From Balanoglossus misakiensis (lineage: Eukaryota > Animalia > Hemichordata): a stretch of DNA of 64,000 bases. The DNA lies in NCBI GenBank assembly GCA_040954595.2, contig CM082585.2:12342127-12406126 (forward strand). The letters run 5' to 3'. A model generated the notes under the pieces. It did not search any database and was not told the DNA's origin. It worked only from the letters and a program-made list of their open reading frames with translations. Shown piece by piece: positions 1 to 13,500 of the stretch; the first letter of the stretch is position 1; the number at the start of each line of letters is the position of its first letter. The translations under genes were made by a program, and so were the position numbers.

Positions 1-3000
1 ACCCATGGTTTTTCCAAAAAATGACCAAATTTTGAAAATTCGCAAAGTCGAAAAATCGTCGATTTTTCGACATTTTCCTGAGCTATAACCCATGGTTTTT
101 TCAAAAAATGACCAAATTTTGAAAATTCGCAAAGTCGAAAAATCGTCGATTTTTCGACATTTTCCTGAGCTATAACCCATGGTTTTTTCAAAAAATGACC
201 AAATTTTGAAAATTCGCATAGTCGAAAAATCGTCGATTTTTCGACATTTTCCTGAGCTATAACCCATGGTTTTTTCAAAAAATGACCAAATTTTGAAAAT
301 TCGCAAAGTCGAAAAATCGTCGATTTTTCGACATTTTCCTGAGCTATAACCCATGGTTTTTTCAAAAAATGACCAAATTTTGAAAATTCGCATAGTCGAA
401 AAATCGTCGATTTTTCGACATTTTCCTGAGCTATAACCCATGGTTTTTTCAAAAAATGACCAAATTTTGAAAATTCGCAAAGTCGAAAAATCGTCGATTT
501 TTCGACATTTTCCTGAGCTATAACCCATGGTTTTTTCAAAAAATGACCAAATTTTGAAAATTCGCAAAGTCGAAAAATCGTCGATTTTTCGACATTTTCC
601 TGAGCTATAACCCATGGTTTTTTCAAAAAATGACCAAATTTTGAAAATTCGCAAAGTCGAAAAATCGTCGATTTTTCGACATTTTCCTGAGCTATAACCC
701 ATGGTTTTTTCAAAAAATGACCAAATTTTGAAAATTCGCAAAGTCGAAAAATCGTCGATTTTTCGACATTTTCCTGAGCTATAACCCATGGTTTTTTCAA
801 AAAATGACCAAATTTTGAAAATTCGCAAAGTCGAAAAATCGTCGATTTTTCGACATTTTCCTGAGCTATAACCCATGGTTTTTTCAAAAAATGACCAAAT
901 TTTGAAAATTCGCAAAGTCGAAAAATCGTCGATTTTTCGACATTTTCCTGAGCTATAACCCATGGTTTTTTCAAAAAATGACCAAATTTTGAAAATTCGC
1001 AAAGTCGAAAAATCGTCGATTTTTCGACATTTTCCTGAGCTATAACCCATGGTTTTTTCAAAAAATGACCAAATTTTGAAAATTCGCAAAGTCGAAAAAT
1101 CGTCGATTTTTCGACATTTTCCTGAGCTATAACCCATGGTTTTTCCAAAAAATGACCAAATTTTGAAAATTCGCAAAGTCGAAAAATCGTCGATTTTTCG
1201 ACATTTTCCTGAGCTATAACCCATGGTTTTTTCAAAAAATGACCAAATTTTGAAAATTCGCAAAGTCGAAAAATCGTCGATTTTTCGACATTTTCCTGAG
1301 CTATAACCCATGGTTTTTTCAAAAAATGACCAAATTTTGAAAATTCGCATAGTCGAAAAATCGTCGATTTTTCGACATTTTCCTGAGCTATAACCCATGG
1401 TTTTTTCAAAAAATGACCAAATTTTGAAAATTCGCAAAGTCGAAAAATCGTCGATTTTTCGACATTTTCCTGAGCTATAACCCATGGTTTTTTCAAAAAA
1501 TGACCAAATTTTGAAAATTCGCATAGTCGAAAAATCGTCGATTTTTCGACATTTTCCTGAGCTATAACCCATGGTTTTTTCAAAAAATGACCAAATTTTG
1601 AAAATTCGCAAAGTCGAAAAATCGTCGATTTTTCGACATTTTCCTGAGCTATAACCCATGGTTTTTTCAAAAAATGACCAAATTTTGAAAATTCGCAAAG
1701 TCGAAAAATCGTCGATTTTTCGACATTTTCCTGAGCTATAACCCATGGTTTTTTCAAAAAATGACCAAATTTTGAAAATTCGCAAAGTCGAAAAATCGTC
1801 GATTTTTCGACATTTTCCTGAGCTATAACCCATGGTTTTTTCAAAAAATGACCAAATTTTGAAAATTCGCAAAGTCGAAAAATCGTCGATTTTTCGACAT
1901 TTTCCTGAGCTATAACCCATGTTTTTTTCAAAAAATGACCAAATTTTGAAAATTCGCATAGTCGAAAAATCGTCGATTTTTCGACATTTTCCTGAGCTAT
2001 AACCCATGGTTTTTTCAAAAAATGACCAAATTTTGAAAATTCGCAAAGTCGAAAAATCGTCGATTTTTCGACATTTTCCTGAGCTATAACCCATGGTTTT
2101 TTCAAAAAATGACCAAATTTTGAAAATTCGCAAAGTCGAAAAATCGTCGATTTTTCGACATTTTCCTGAGCTATAACCCATGGTTTTTTCAAAAAATGAC
2201 CAAATTTTGAAAATTCGCATAGTCGAAAAATCGTCGATTTTTCGACATTTTCCTGAGCTATAACCCATGGTTTTTTCAAAAAATGACCAAATTTTGAAAA
2301 TTCGCAAAGTCGAAAAATCGTCGATTTTTCGACATTTTCCTGAGCTATAACCCATGGTTTTTTCAAAAAATGACCAAATTTTGAAAATTCGCAAAGTCGA
2401 AAAATCGTCGATTATTCGACATTTTCCTGAGCTATAACCCATGGTTTTTTCAAAAAATGACCAAATTTTGAAAATTCGCAAAGTCGAAAAATCGTCGATT
2501 TTTCGACATTTTCCTGAGCTATAACCCATGGTTTTTTCAAAAAATGACCAAATTTTGAAAATTCGCAAAGTCGAAAAATTGTCATTTCTGGATGATTTTC
2601 ATGAGCTATAACCCATGGTTTTTTTCAAAAAATGAAGAAATTTTGAAAATTCGCAAAGTCGAAAAATTGTCATTTCTGGATGATTTTCATGAGCTATAAC
2701 CCATGGTTTTTTTCAAAAAATGAAGAAATTTTGAAAATTCGCAAAGTCGAAAAATTGTCATTTCTGGATGATTTTCATGAGCTATAACCCATGGTTTTTT
2801 TCAAAAAATGAAGAAATTTTGAAAATTTACAAAGTCAAAAAATTGTCATTTCTGGATGATTTTCATGAGCTATAACCCATGGTTTTTTTCAAAAAATGAA
2901 GAAATTTTGAAAATTCGCAAAGTCGAAAAATTGTCATTTCTGGATGATTTTCATGAGCTATAACCCATGGTTTTTTTCAAAAAATGAAGAAATTTTGAAA

Positions 3001-6000
3001 ATTCACAAAGTCGAAAAATTGTCATTTCTGGATGATTTTCATGAGCTATAACCCATGGTTTTTTTCAAAAAATGAAGAAATTTTGAAAATTCACAAAGTC
3101 GAAAAATTGTCATTTCTGGATGATTTTCATGAGCTATAACCAATGTTTTTTTTCAAAAAATGAAGAAATTTTGAAAATTCGCAAAGTCGAAAAATTGTCA
3201 TTTCTGGATGATTTTCATGAGCTATAACCCATGGTTTTTGTAAAAAAATGAAGAAATTTTGAAAATTCGCAAAGTCGAAAAATTGTCATTTCTGAATGAT
3301 TTTCATGAGCTATAACCCATGGTTTTTTTTCAAAAAATGACCAAATTTTGAAAATTCGCATAGTCGAAAAATCGTCGATTTTTCGACATTTTCCTGAGCT
3401 ATAACCCATGGTTTTTTCAAAAAATGACCAAATTTTGAAAATTCGCAAAGTCGAAAAATTGTCATTTCTGGATGATTTTCATGAGCTATAACCCATGGTT
3501 TTTTCAAATAATGAGCAAATTTTGAAAATTCGCAAAGTCGAAAAATCGTCGATTTTTCGACATTTTCCTGAGCTATAACCCATGGTTTTTTCAAAAAATG
3601 ACCAAATTTTGAAAATTCGCAAAGTCGAAAAATCGTCGATTTTTCGACATTTTCCTGAGCTATAACCCATGGTTTTTTCAAAAAATGACCAAATTTTGAA
3701 AATTCGCAAAGTCGAAAAATTGTCATGTCTGGATGATTTTCATGAGCTATAACCCATGGTTTTTTCAAAAAATGACCAAATTTTGAAAATTCGCAAAGTC
3801 GAAAAATCGTCGATTTTTCGACATTTTCCTGAGCTATAACCCATGGTTTTTTCAAAAAATGACCAAATTTTGAAAATTCGCAAAGTCGAAAAATCGTCGA
3901 TTTTTCGACATTTTCCTGAGCTATAACCCATGGTTTTTTCAAAAAATGACCAAATTTTGAAAATTCGCAAAGTCGAAAAATCGTCTTTTTTCGACATTTT
4001 CCTGAGCTATAACCCATGGTTTTTTCAAAAAATGACCAAATTTTGAAAATTCGCAAAGTCGAAAAATCGTCGATTTTTCGACATTTTCCTGAGCTATAAC
4101 CCATGTTTTTTTTCAAAAAATGACTAAATTTTGAAAATTCGCAAAGTCGAAAAATCGTCGATTTTTCGACATTTTCCTGAGCTATAACCCATGGTTTTTT
4201 CAAAAAATGACCAAATTTTGAAAATTCGCAAAGTCGAAAAATTGTCATTTCTGGATGATTTTCATGAGCTATAACCCATGGTTTTTTTCAAAAAATGAAA
4301 AAATTTTGAAAATTCGCAAAGTCGAAAAATTGTCATTTCTGGATGATTTTCATGAGCTATAACCCATGGTTTTTTTCAAAAAATGAAGAAATTTTGAAAA
4401 TTCGCAAAGTCGAAAAATTGTCATTTCTGGATGATTTTCATGAGCTATAACCCATGGTTTTTTTCAAAAAATGAAGAAATTTTGAAAATTCGCAAAGTCG
4501 AAAAATTGTCATTTCTGGATGATTTTCATGAGCTATAACCCATGGTTTTTTTCAAAAAATGAAGAAATTTTGTAAAATTCACAAAGTCGAAAAATTGTCA
4601 TTTCTGGATGATTTTCCTGAGCTATAACCCATGGTTTTTTCAAAAAATGACCAAATTTTGAAAATTCGCAAAGTCGAAAAATCGTCGATTTTTCGACATT
4701 TTCCTGAGCTATAACCCATGGTTTTTTCAAAAAATGACCAAATTTTGAAAATTCGCAAAGTCGAAAAATTGTCATGTCTGGATGATTTTCATGAGCTATA
4801 ACCCATGGTTTTTTCAAAAAATGACCAAATTTTGAAAATTCGCAAAGTCGAAAAATCGTCGATTTTTCGACATTTTCCTGAGCTATAACCCATGGTTTTT
4901 TCAAAAAATGACCAAATTTTGAAAATTCGCAAAGTCGAAAAATCGTCGATTTTTCGACATTTTCCTGAGCTATAACCCATGGTTTTTTCAAAAAATGACC
5001 AAATTTTGAAAATTCGCAAAGTCGAAAAATCGTCGATTTTTCGACATTTTCCTGAGCTATAACCCATGGTTTTTTCAAAAAATGACCAAATTTTGAAAAT
5101 TCGCAAAGTCGAAAAATTGTCATTTCTGGATGATTTTCATGAGCTATAACCCATGGTTTTTTTCAAAAAATGAAGAATTTTTGAAAATTCGCAAAGTCGA
5201 AAAATTGTCATTTCTGGATGATTTTCATGAGCTATAAACCATGGTTTTTTTTAAAAAATGAAGAAATTTTGAAAATTCGCAAAGTCGAAAAATTGTCATT
5301 TCTGAATGATTTTCATGAGCTATAACCCATGGTTTTTTTCAAAAAATGAAGAAATTTTGAAAATTCGCAAAGTCGAAAAATTGTCATTTCTGGATGATTT
5401 TCATGAGCTATAACCCATGGTTTTTTTCAAAAAATGAAGAAATTTTGAAAATTCGCAAAGTCGAAAAATTGTCATTTCTGGATGATTTTCATGAGCTATA
5501 ACCCATGGTTTTATTTCAAAAAATGAAGAAATTTTGAAAATTCGCAAAGTCGAAAAATTGTCATTTCTGGATGATTTTCATGAGCTATAACCCATGGTTT
5601 TTTTCAAAAAATGTAGAAATTTTGAAAATTCGCAAAGTCGAAAAATTGTCATTTCTGGATGATTTTCATGAGCTATAACCCATGGTTTTTTTCAAAAAAT
5701 GAAGAAATTTTGTAAAATTCACAAAGTCGAAAAATTGTCATTTCTGGATGATTTTCATGAGCTATAACCCATGGTTTTTTTCAAAAAATGAAGAATTTTT
5801 GAAAATTCGCAAAGTCGAAAAATTGTCATTTCTGGATGATTTTCATGAGCTATAAACCATGGTTTTTTTAAAAAAATGAAGAAATTTTGAAAATTCGCAA
5901 AGTCGAAAAATTGTCATTTCTGAATGATTTTCATGAGCTATAACCCATGGTTTTTTTCAAAAAATGAAGAAATTTTGAAAATTCGCAAAGTCGAAAAATT

Positions 6001-7550
6001 GTCATTTCTGGATGATTTTCATGAGCTATAACCCATGGTTTTATTTCAAAAAATGAAGAAATTTTGAAAATTCGCAAAGTCGAAAAATTGTCATTTCTGG
6101 ATGATTTTCATGAGCTATAACCCATGGTTTTTTTCAAAAAATGTAGAAATTTTGAAAATTCGCAAAGTCGAAAAATTGTCATTTCTGGATGATTTTCATG
6201 AGCTATAACCCATGGTTTTTTTCAAAAAATGAAGAAATTTTGTAAAATTCACAAAGTCGAAAAATTGTCATTTCTGGATGATTTTCATGAGCTATAACCC
6301 ATGGTTTTTTTCAAAAAATGAAGAATTTTTGAAAATTCGCAAAGTCGAAAAATTGTCATTTCTGGATGATTTTCATGAGCTATAAACCATGGTTTTTTTA
6401 AAAAAATGAAGAAATTTTGAAAATTCGCAAAGTCGAAAAATTGTCATTTCTGAATGATTTTCATGAGCTATAACCCATGGTTTTTTTCAAAAAATGAAGA
6501 AATTTTGAAAATTCGCAAAGTCGAAAAATTGTCATTTCTGGATGAATTTCATGAGCTATAACCCATGGTTTTTTTCAAAAAATGAAGAAATTTTGAAAAT
6601 TCGCAAAGTCGAAAAATTGTCATTTCTGGATGATTTTCATGAGCTATAACCCATGGTTTTATTTCAAAAAATGAAGAAATTTTGAAAATTCGCAAAGTCG
6701 AAAAATTGTCATTTCTGGATGATTTTCATGAGCTATAACCCATGGTTTTTTTCAAAAAATGTAGAAATTTTGAAAATTCGCAAAGTCGAAAAATTGTCAT
6801 TTCTGGATGATTTTCATGAGCTATAACCCATGGTTTTTTTCAAAAAATGAAGAAATTTTGAAAATTCGCAAAGTCGAAAAATTGTCATTTCTGGATGATT
6901 TTCATGAGCTATAACCCATGGTTTTTTTCAAAAAATGAAGAAATTTTGAAAATTCGCAAAGTCGAAAAATTGTCATTTCTGGATGATTTTCATGAGCTAT
7001 AACCCATGTTTTTTTTTCAAAAAATGAAGAAATTTTGAAAATTCGCAAAGTCGAAAAATTGTCATTTCTGGATGATTTTCATGAGCTATAACCCATGGTT
7101 TTTTTCAAAAAATGAAGAAATTTTGAAAATTCGCAAAGTCGAAAAATTGTCATTTCTGGATGATTTTCAAGAGCTATAACCCATGGTTTTTTTCATAAAA
7201 TGAAGAAATTTGGAAAATTCGCAAAGTCGAAAAATTGTCATTTCTGGATGATTTTCATGAGCTATAACCCATGGTTTTTTTCAAAAAATGAAGAAATTTT
7301 GAAAATTCGCAAAGTCGAAAAATTGTCATTTCTGGATGATTTTCATGAGCTATAACCCATGATTTTTTTTTGAAAATGAAGAAATTTTGAACATTGTCAA
7401 ATGACGAAATCATCAAAACCCAGCAAAAGTCGAAAATTTGTCTTTTTGAAGATTTCCACAAGCTATAACCTATGAAAAATGTCCAAAAATGACAAAATCA
7501 TCCAAAGTTTGCAAAGTCGAAAATTTGTCTCTTTGAAGATTTGTCCAAAC
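1..7550. repeat. Tandem satellite array, 87-bp (type A) and 88-bp (type B) monomers, running off the left edge
   Basis: ACCCATGG recurs at 1, 88, 175 etc. (87-bp period). Type B (ATGAAGAAA, ATTGTCATTTCTGGATGATTTTCATGAG) starts near 2580 with an 88-bp period (2611 to 2699). A and B are mixed over ~3300-5100, B dominates to ~7360, and degenerate copies extend to ~7550. Confidence 0.98.
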
Positions 7551-10533
7551 ATGACATGAGAAACGCATGAGAAAGGAGAGATTGACGGACTCACCTTACA
7601 GCATGTCATCCATCAATCAATGGCGATGACGATCACTGATGCATTGCTAATACTTCTTAATCTGTAGAGTTATTATATCTCGAAGTATGAAGTATTTTTC
7701 ACGTTGTTTTATTAATTAATCACTTATCACGTGATCTCTTCACCATAAATTAGCTTATGTCCATGTGACTCCTGATGTTGATTTGATCTGCGAAAAGTTT
7801 CAGTATTAGTTCTTCGTACAAGACCGAAGACATTTTTTTTTCTAATGAACAAGGTCCGCAAAGCTATATTTGTTAAAGGTGAGGGGTCGTCGTGCCGCGT
7901 GGGTGTTCCCCTTGATGAGAATATATCCTCCCATACCAGCACAAACCTCACTGTAGTCGCCATGACCTACTACTTCAGTTGCTGTCGTGTCCTGTCTACG
8001 TTACAGTGGGCTGCTTCGTTCATTCTAAGAATTATCTAATTTAAGGGATTTGTGGATGAACTGTAATGTTTATAAACAAATAAACGGGCTACAACGACCC
8101 CTACAAATGATTCGATTCAAACTAGCGCTGTTACGTGTCCTCCTGATGAAAATGACCAACAGTGTAACTCAGGTACGACATACTGATTCAAATAAGATTT
8201 AAGCAAAAAAACACACAGTATGCTCTGATTATGTTTTCATTGCTGAAATATTAAGTGTATTAAGGGCCGTGATCCTCAACACTATGCTTGTGAGAAGTCA
8301 CTTGGCGATGGGTTGTAGTAAAGTAATAAGCTCACTAAAAGCAAATAATAACACAATACATACGCAAGATTTTGATAAAAAGGAATTTTGCTTTAATATT
8401 TGAAAAATAAATACATTTTACAAGGATAATTCGCATTTCAATGAAGAACTTTGAGATACAGATAGAAATAGGCCGACTTGAATGACAATTACTTGATACT
8501 GTTAATTCCAACCGTTAGAGGCGCTGTCAATAAGCGTCTTACATTCTTTGGTGAATAAAGATTTTGCGCTTTACTTTGCTGGCAAACAAAACTATGAAAA
8601 ATGTCCTTGGAATTAAGAATTTAAATTCAAAGCAGAGTATTTACTGTGACAATACTAATGTGATTAAAACATCTCCCTTTTTATTCAGAATCATTGAAGA
8701 CACCTACAAAGATGACTTCATGTGTCCTTGCTGAACTCTGTTTCCGTGACAACCCTTTAAAGTTAAATCTCCATGGATCCAGTTATACCTAGAAAACAAA
8801 CTTAAATGCAAACCAATAAAATAGATGCTGTCTTTACATGCACCAAAAGTTCCAACCTTGGGGCCATTTTTTTTGCAGTCAGCATCATGTAAAGCTTGCA
8901 TGCTTATTTCACAATTGACAAGATAAACAGTACTACTGGGGGAACATTTGAACTTTCACAGATTCTACTGTCAAAATAATTATACCGAGAAGACTAAACT
9001 TACCTTCTACTTTTTTGGGAAGGACACTTATAATTTTGAACTTGGTGAAAATTTTGTAGAATGCTTGGTATATACAGGACAACTTTCAGTGTGACTGGCC
9101 AATACTTTCCAGGATGTAAAGGTCACATAGGGGTCATGAAAGCAGTCTATTGAATGTTACACACCTTTTTCTCTCTCCATATTGTTGCCTTTTACCCCAA
9201 AATGGGGCGACGCAAAATACTTTTTTTTTGTAGAATGTTTCCGTTAAACAGATTCCAGGGGTTTTCTTCCAGGTAGCAGTCATGTTTTATGATTTCATTT
9301 TTTTTAATATTGTTAATATTGTAGCTTCAAGTTTGTATACTGATCTAAATCAGATGCAACACAACACAGTCCAATTCAGTCAGGCTCACCAATGGAGAGC
9401 GCGCTTAGAATTTAACTTTAGAAAAGAAATTTGTGACTGATCATGATTTTGCAGACAAGGAGGAAAAAAAATGCTTAGCGCTCATCAAAAGACCGACTGA
9501 CTTCAACTGTCAATTCCATTCTTTAATAATTTTACAAAAACACTTTAATGATTTCCCAACCACTCAGGCAGGTGTCCATTTTTATTTTTTATCGACAGTG
9601 AAATCTACACTAAGTGTCATCACTGTGACTAGGGGTAAATGGAAAAAAACACCAATGTTTAATAAACTGGAACAGCTTTACAAACAAAAGAAAGTTATAA
9701 AAAGATTTATAAAAACATACTCTCTGGGACTCCAGGTATGACTTGACAATCGTTATACACATCAAACTGACTCGCGGCAAAATTTAAAATCTTTAAAATA
9801 TTTTTTTTCCATCATTTTGAAAATATGTATAACTACATTAAGAGAGTGTTTGAAAATTACATTTTAGAAGATAACCACATCTACGATCTAGTTTGTGTTT
9901 CAAATTATCAGGCAGCAATTTTTGAGTAGGTTTCTACAGAACTGTTTTAAATTCACCAGTCAAAAGGTTCACTATCTCTGAATTCGATTTTTGCTAAAAG
10001 TTAGCGACATTGACACTGGCAGTGGTTCTTGCATACATGAATAGCGCAAGACAGTTTTGATAGACAAAACTTTAGATTTAACGGTAAACTTCTTTGTTTT
10101 GGGATACTTAGTTTTTCATCAGAATATGCCCATTTTCTCATTTGGACACTTAAATCTGTTAAATTTCATACTTTAATCTTTAATGTCTTTTTTTTTATTT
10201 TCTAGGGCAATTGGTTGAATATTTCTTTGACAGCATATATTTTTAATGTACCACGGTCTTGTTAACTGAGCTGTCCAAGTTTTACAGTCTAGTAGATTGT
10301 CCATTCTGCTGATATTCAACAATTTTCAATATCATTCAAGATTTTCATAGTACAATTTATTTTCAAGTTATTTTTCAGCAGGGAAATATGGGCTCATCTT
10401 TGATTGATCAGGTCCATGTGTTGGAGATTTTAAGACTTCTCTTGTTTACTGTTGTTGTTTTTTTTGTTTTCTTTTGCGTCATGTAACTTCTGACTGATGA
10501 TCTGTAGGGCTTTGCTTCTTATGCCTGATAACT

Positions 10534-13500
10534 TTAATAATGGGGATCATATCCTCTTGAGAGTAAGGGACCTGCACTACGTTCTGGAGGTCTTGCACGA
10601 GAAACATCAGCGGCGTACGGATCACGGGCACCATACGCTCCCTTATCGACAGGGCCTCTTTCCTCAGTATAGGGATCACGTGATGCATAAGCATCATAAC
10701 GAGCCCTCCCTGCGTCACTTGAATAAGAACTTGCTGAGGGATGGGTTGGCGCAGCTGTACGGGTGGCACCTGTAATAATATTTGAGCATTTGAAAGATTG
10801 AGAATTGTACATTTTTTTTCCTTTCACAGATGTATTTTGACCAACGCTGTTCACATTTATACATCTTGTTTGAAGTTTTCTCTCCATATATCTTCATATT
10901 CCGCAACAAGACATGACCTATGAATCTATGAATCTAGAATTAATTGATTTTATTTTTTTGCAATTTGACAGAGAATTCCTCTTTCTTTAGGCATCTGTCA
11001 CATTTGCATATTCACAAAATTAATCTTATACTAAATAAATGTTAGTTTTATATTCATTTTTTCTTGCTGTTAGTATATTGAATGCAATCTTTAATGTTTT
11101 TACATTCCTGTTGGGGAAAATATAGTTGACAAAGATCATTCTTCTTTTTCCTGTTGAATAAATATTTTTATTTATACTTGGAGACGTGTTTGTGGACATT
11201 ACAAGTTGCTAGTGAAGAGAGTGCGACACATGATGAGTTTTCAAAGGTAATTCAAACCTAAAAAATAAGTTTGTTTACTTTCCCAGCAATTACCAATGTT
11301 TCAGGTGAACTTTTCACTCGTTTTTTTATTGTTTTTGTATTTTCATCATGTTTTGTTTCAGGTGAACTTTCATAAGAATATTTTCATTTCATTTTTTTAA
11401 AGTATTGCCACTAACATTTTCATGGCTGTTTTCATTTGAGCAACGATTAATGGAACATGATGTTCTGTCATCTTATCATTTTTATTGACAAAGCTTTAGC
11501 GAAGTTCAAGTTTTTATGTTTGGTAATCTGCATATTGGATTTCTTGTTTTTGTGTTTCCAAAATTTGTGCATTAATTTTATATTTTTCCGGATCTTGACT
11601 TTTTTATCAAGTACTCTATTAATTGCAGCAATGTAATGACCATCTATTTGATGTTGAGCTTCTAGTGGGGGCCTCTTCATCAAAAGTCTGGTGACTATAT
11701 GATTTTGTTCGATTAATGATGAAATTTCTTTTGACTAAACTATGTGCAAAATTTGATTAAAATGACATTCCTTGGGAGTGAGTTTTCTTGCAATGCTCGG
11801 TGTAATTGTAAGAAACAAAATTTAATGTTCTCAGAGTGCATATACATCCTAAAAGCAAAAATAAGCAGACAAGAAAAGAGAAATATAACATTACCACCAT
11901 ATTCCCCGTAATCCCTAGACCCTGAACCGGCGTATCGGTTTTCATAATCCCGACCACTGGGGGCACCTGGGAAAAATCAACAAAATCCCTTCTAAAAATT
12001 CCTAGTTAACAAAAACTATGATCATTACACTGTGACATCTTCCCTTCCATGAGTCTGAAAAAAAAGTCTGGCTGAACTATCCCTTGGAGTTCAATGTTGC
12101 AACTACAAACACAGGAATGCACCATTTTCAAAAGTCTAGCACCTTTATGCAACCATCATGAATTTGAGGCCAATGGGGAAAGTTAGCCAATCAGATTCAA
12201 ATTCATGATGGCTGTATGGGGGCACTAGACTTATAAAAAAAGTGTATTAGACATGATAGAAAATTTATAGCTACAAAGTGCAAAAACTTACTGTATGAAT
12301 CATATTCCCTGGAATAACCACTCTCTCGACCATTTGACTGCGCCGGATAATCGCGACTGGCAGAACTGTATTCTCTGGGAGGAGGATAAGCATCATCGTA
12401 AGACCTGCGAGCGCCAGCAGATGGATATTCCCGAGATGCAGTTGTAGGATAATCACGACTCGCCGAACCTCCGTAGTCACGTGACGTGGGTGCAGCGTAA
12501 TCATGGGATTGGTAGTCTGATCTGCCAGTGGACGGGTAGTCACGGTTACCATAGTCACGTGGTGCTGCATAAGAGTCGCGCTCAGGAGGGTAATCACGAG
12601 CAGCGCTGTACGAATCTCTAGGCGGATAATCGTGACTGTAACAGAGAAACAGGAATTAAAGTAAGACAGTGATGCCAAAACTTGACGACATTCTTCTACA
12701 GCGACATATGAAGGCATGTAGGTGCAGATTCAAAAAGGACTTACCTTTCTCTCGGAGGATAATCTCTAGTGGGTGCTGGCTCTCTACTTGGTGGATAATC
12801 TCTGGGTGGATAATCCCTTGGAGGTGGCAAATCTCTGACAGAGCCATAATCCCTGGAAGGCGGTTGATCACGCGCACCATAATCACCGTATCTTGATTCA
12901 CCATAGCCACGATCACCGCCACCATAACCCCTACCTGTGTGTAGAAAAGAAAGAGGTCTTCAATATCTGACAGCAAACATCGTTGAATAACACCTCATTA
13001 CAATAAGAAATAAAACAATATACACACTAGCTCAGCCAGAAACAAAAGATAAAGTCACCTGTATCTGCAGCCATGAGTGGAACTGGAGCTGATGGTCCTC
13101 TTCTTTCATCACGAGAACGTCCCCAATCTCCTCTGTACCCATCATTGGGATGATCCCCTATGCAAAGAAAATGCATATTGTAATTCAACACTTTTTTGTA
13201 TTACAGGCACTGACATACTAAAGCACCCAAAGATATGAATTACTGATAAAGTGAGGTAAAACTGCTATACTTACCTGGGTCTGTCCTTTGTCTTTTCATT
13301 GGTGGACCACCGTCTAAAAGAAAATAGAATATGAGGCATTGTCAATGACGTACTCACTACTGAAAAGAAATCACATAGAAGTCTGAAAAGTATGAACATC
13401 AAGAACAATATGGCTGCAACTCAGCCGTGCTGGATTAGTTCATGAAACAAGTTTGTATCTCTCCAGTTCATGGAACACACCCGATTAACGATATCGTGTT

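Noticed and set aside
38-55. TTCGCAAAGTCGAAA as a CENP-B box
   Set aside because: It lacks the required A and CGGG positions of the TTCGnnnnAnnCGGG core.
3215-7461. Repetitive ORFs up to 312 aa in the satellite
   Set aside because: An 87-bp unit is exactly 29 codons and happens to lack stops in some minus frames. Frames break at every 88-bp monomer and there is no protein-like signal.
1-7550. CRISPR-like appearance (palindromic repeats at regular spacing)
   Set aside because: There are no unique spacers and no cas genes, and the context is eukaryotic.
11297-11373. Short direct repeat TGTTTCAGGTGAACTTT twice in the last RBMX-like intron
   Set aside because: It is a small local duplication with no further structure.
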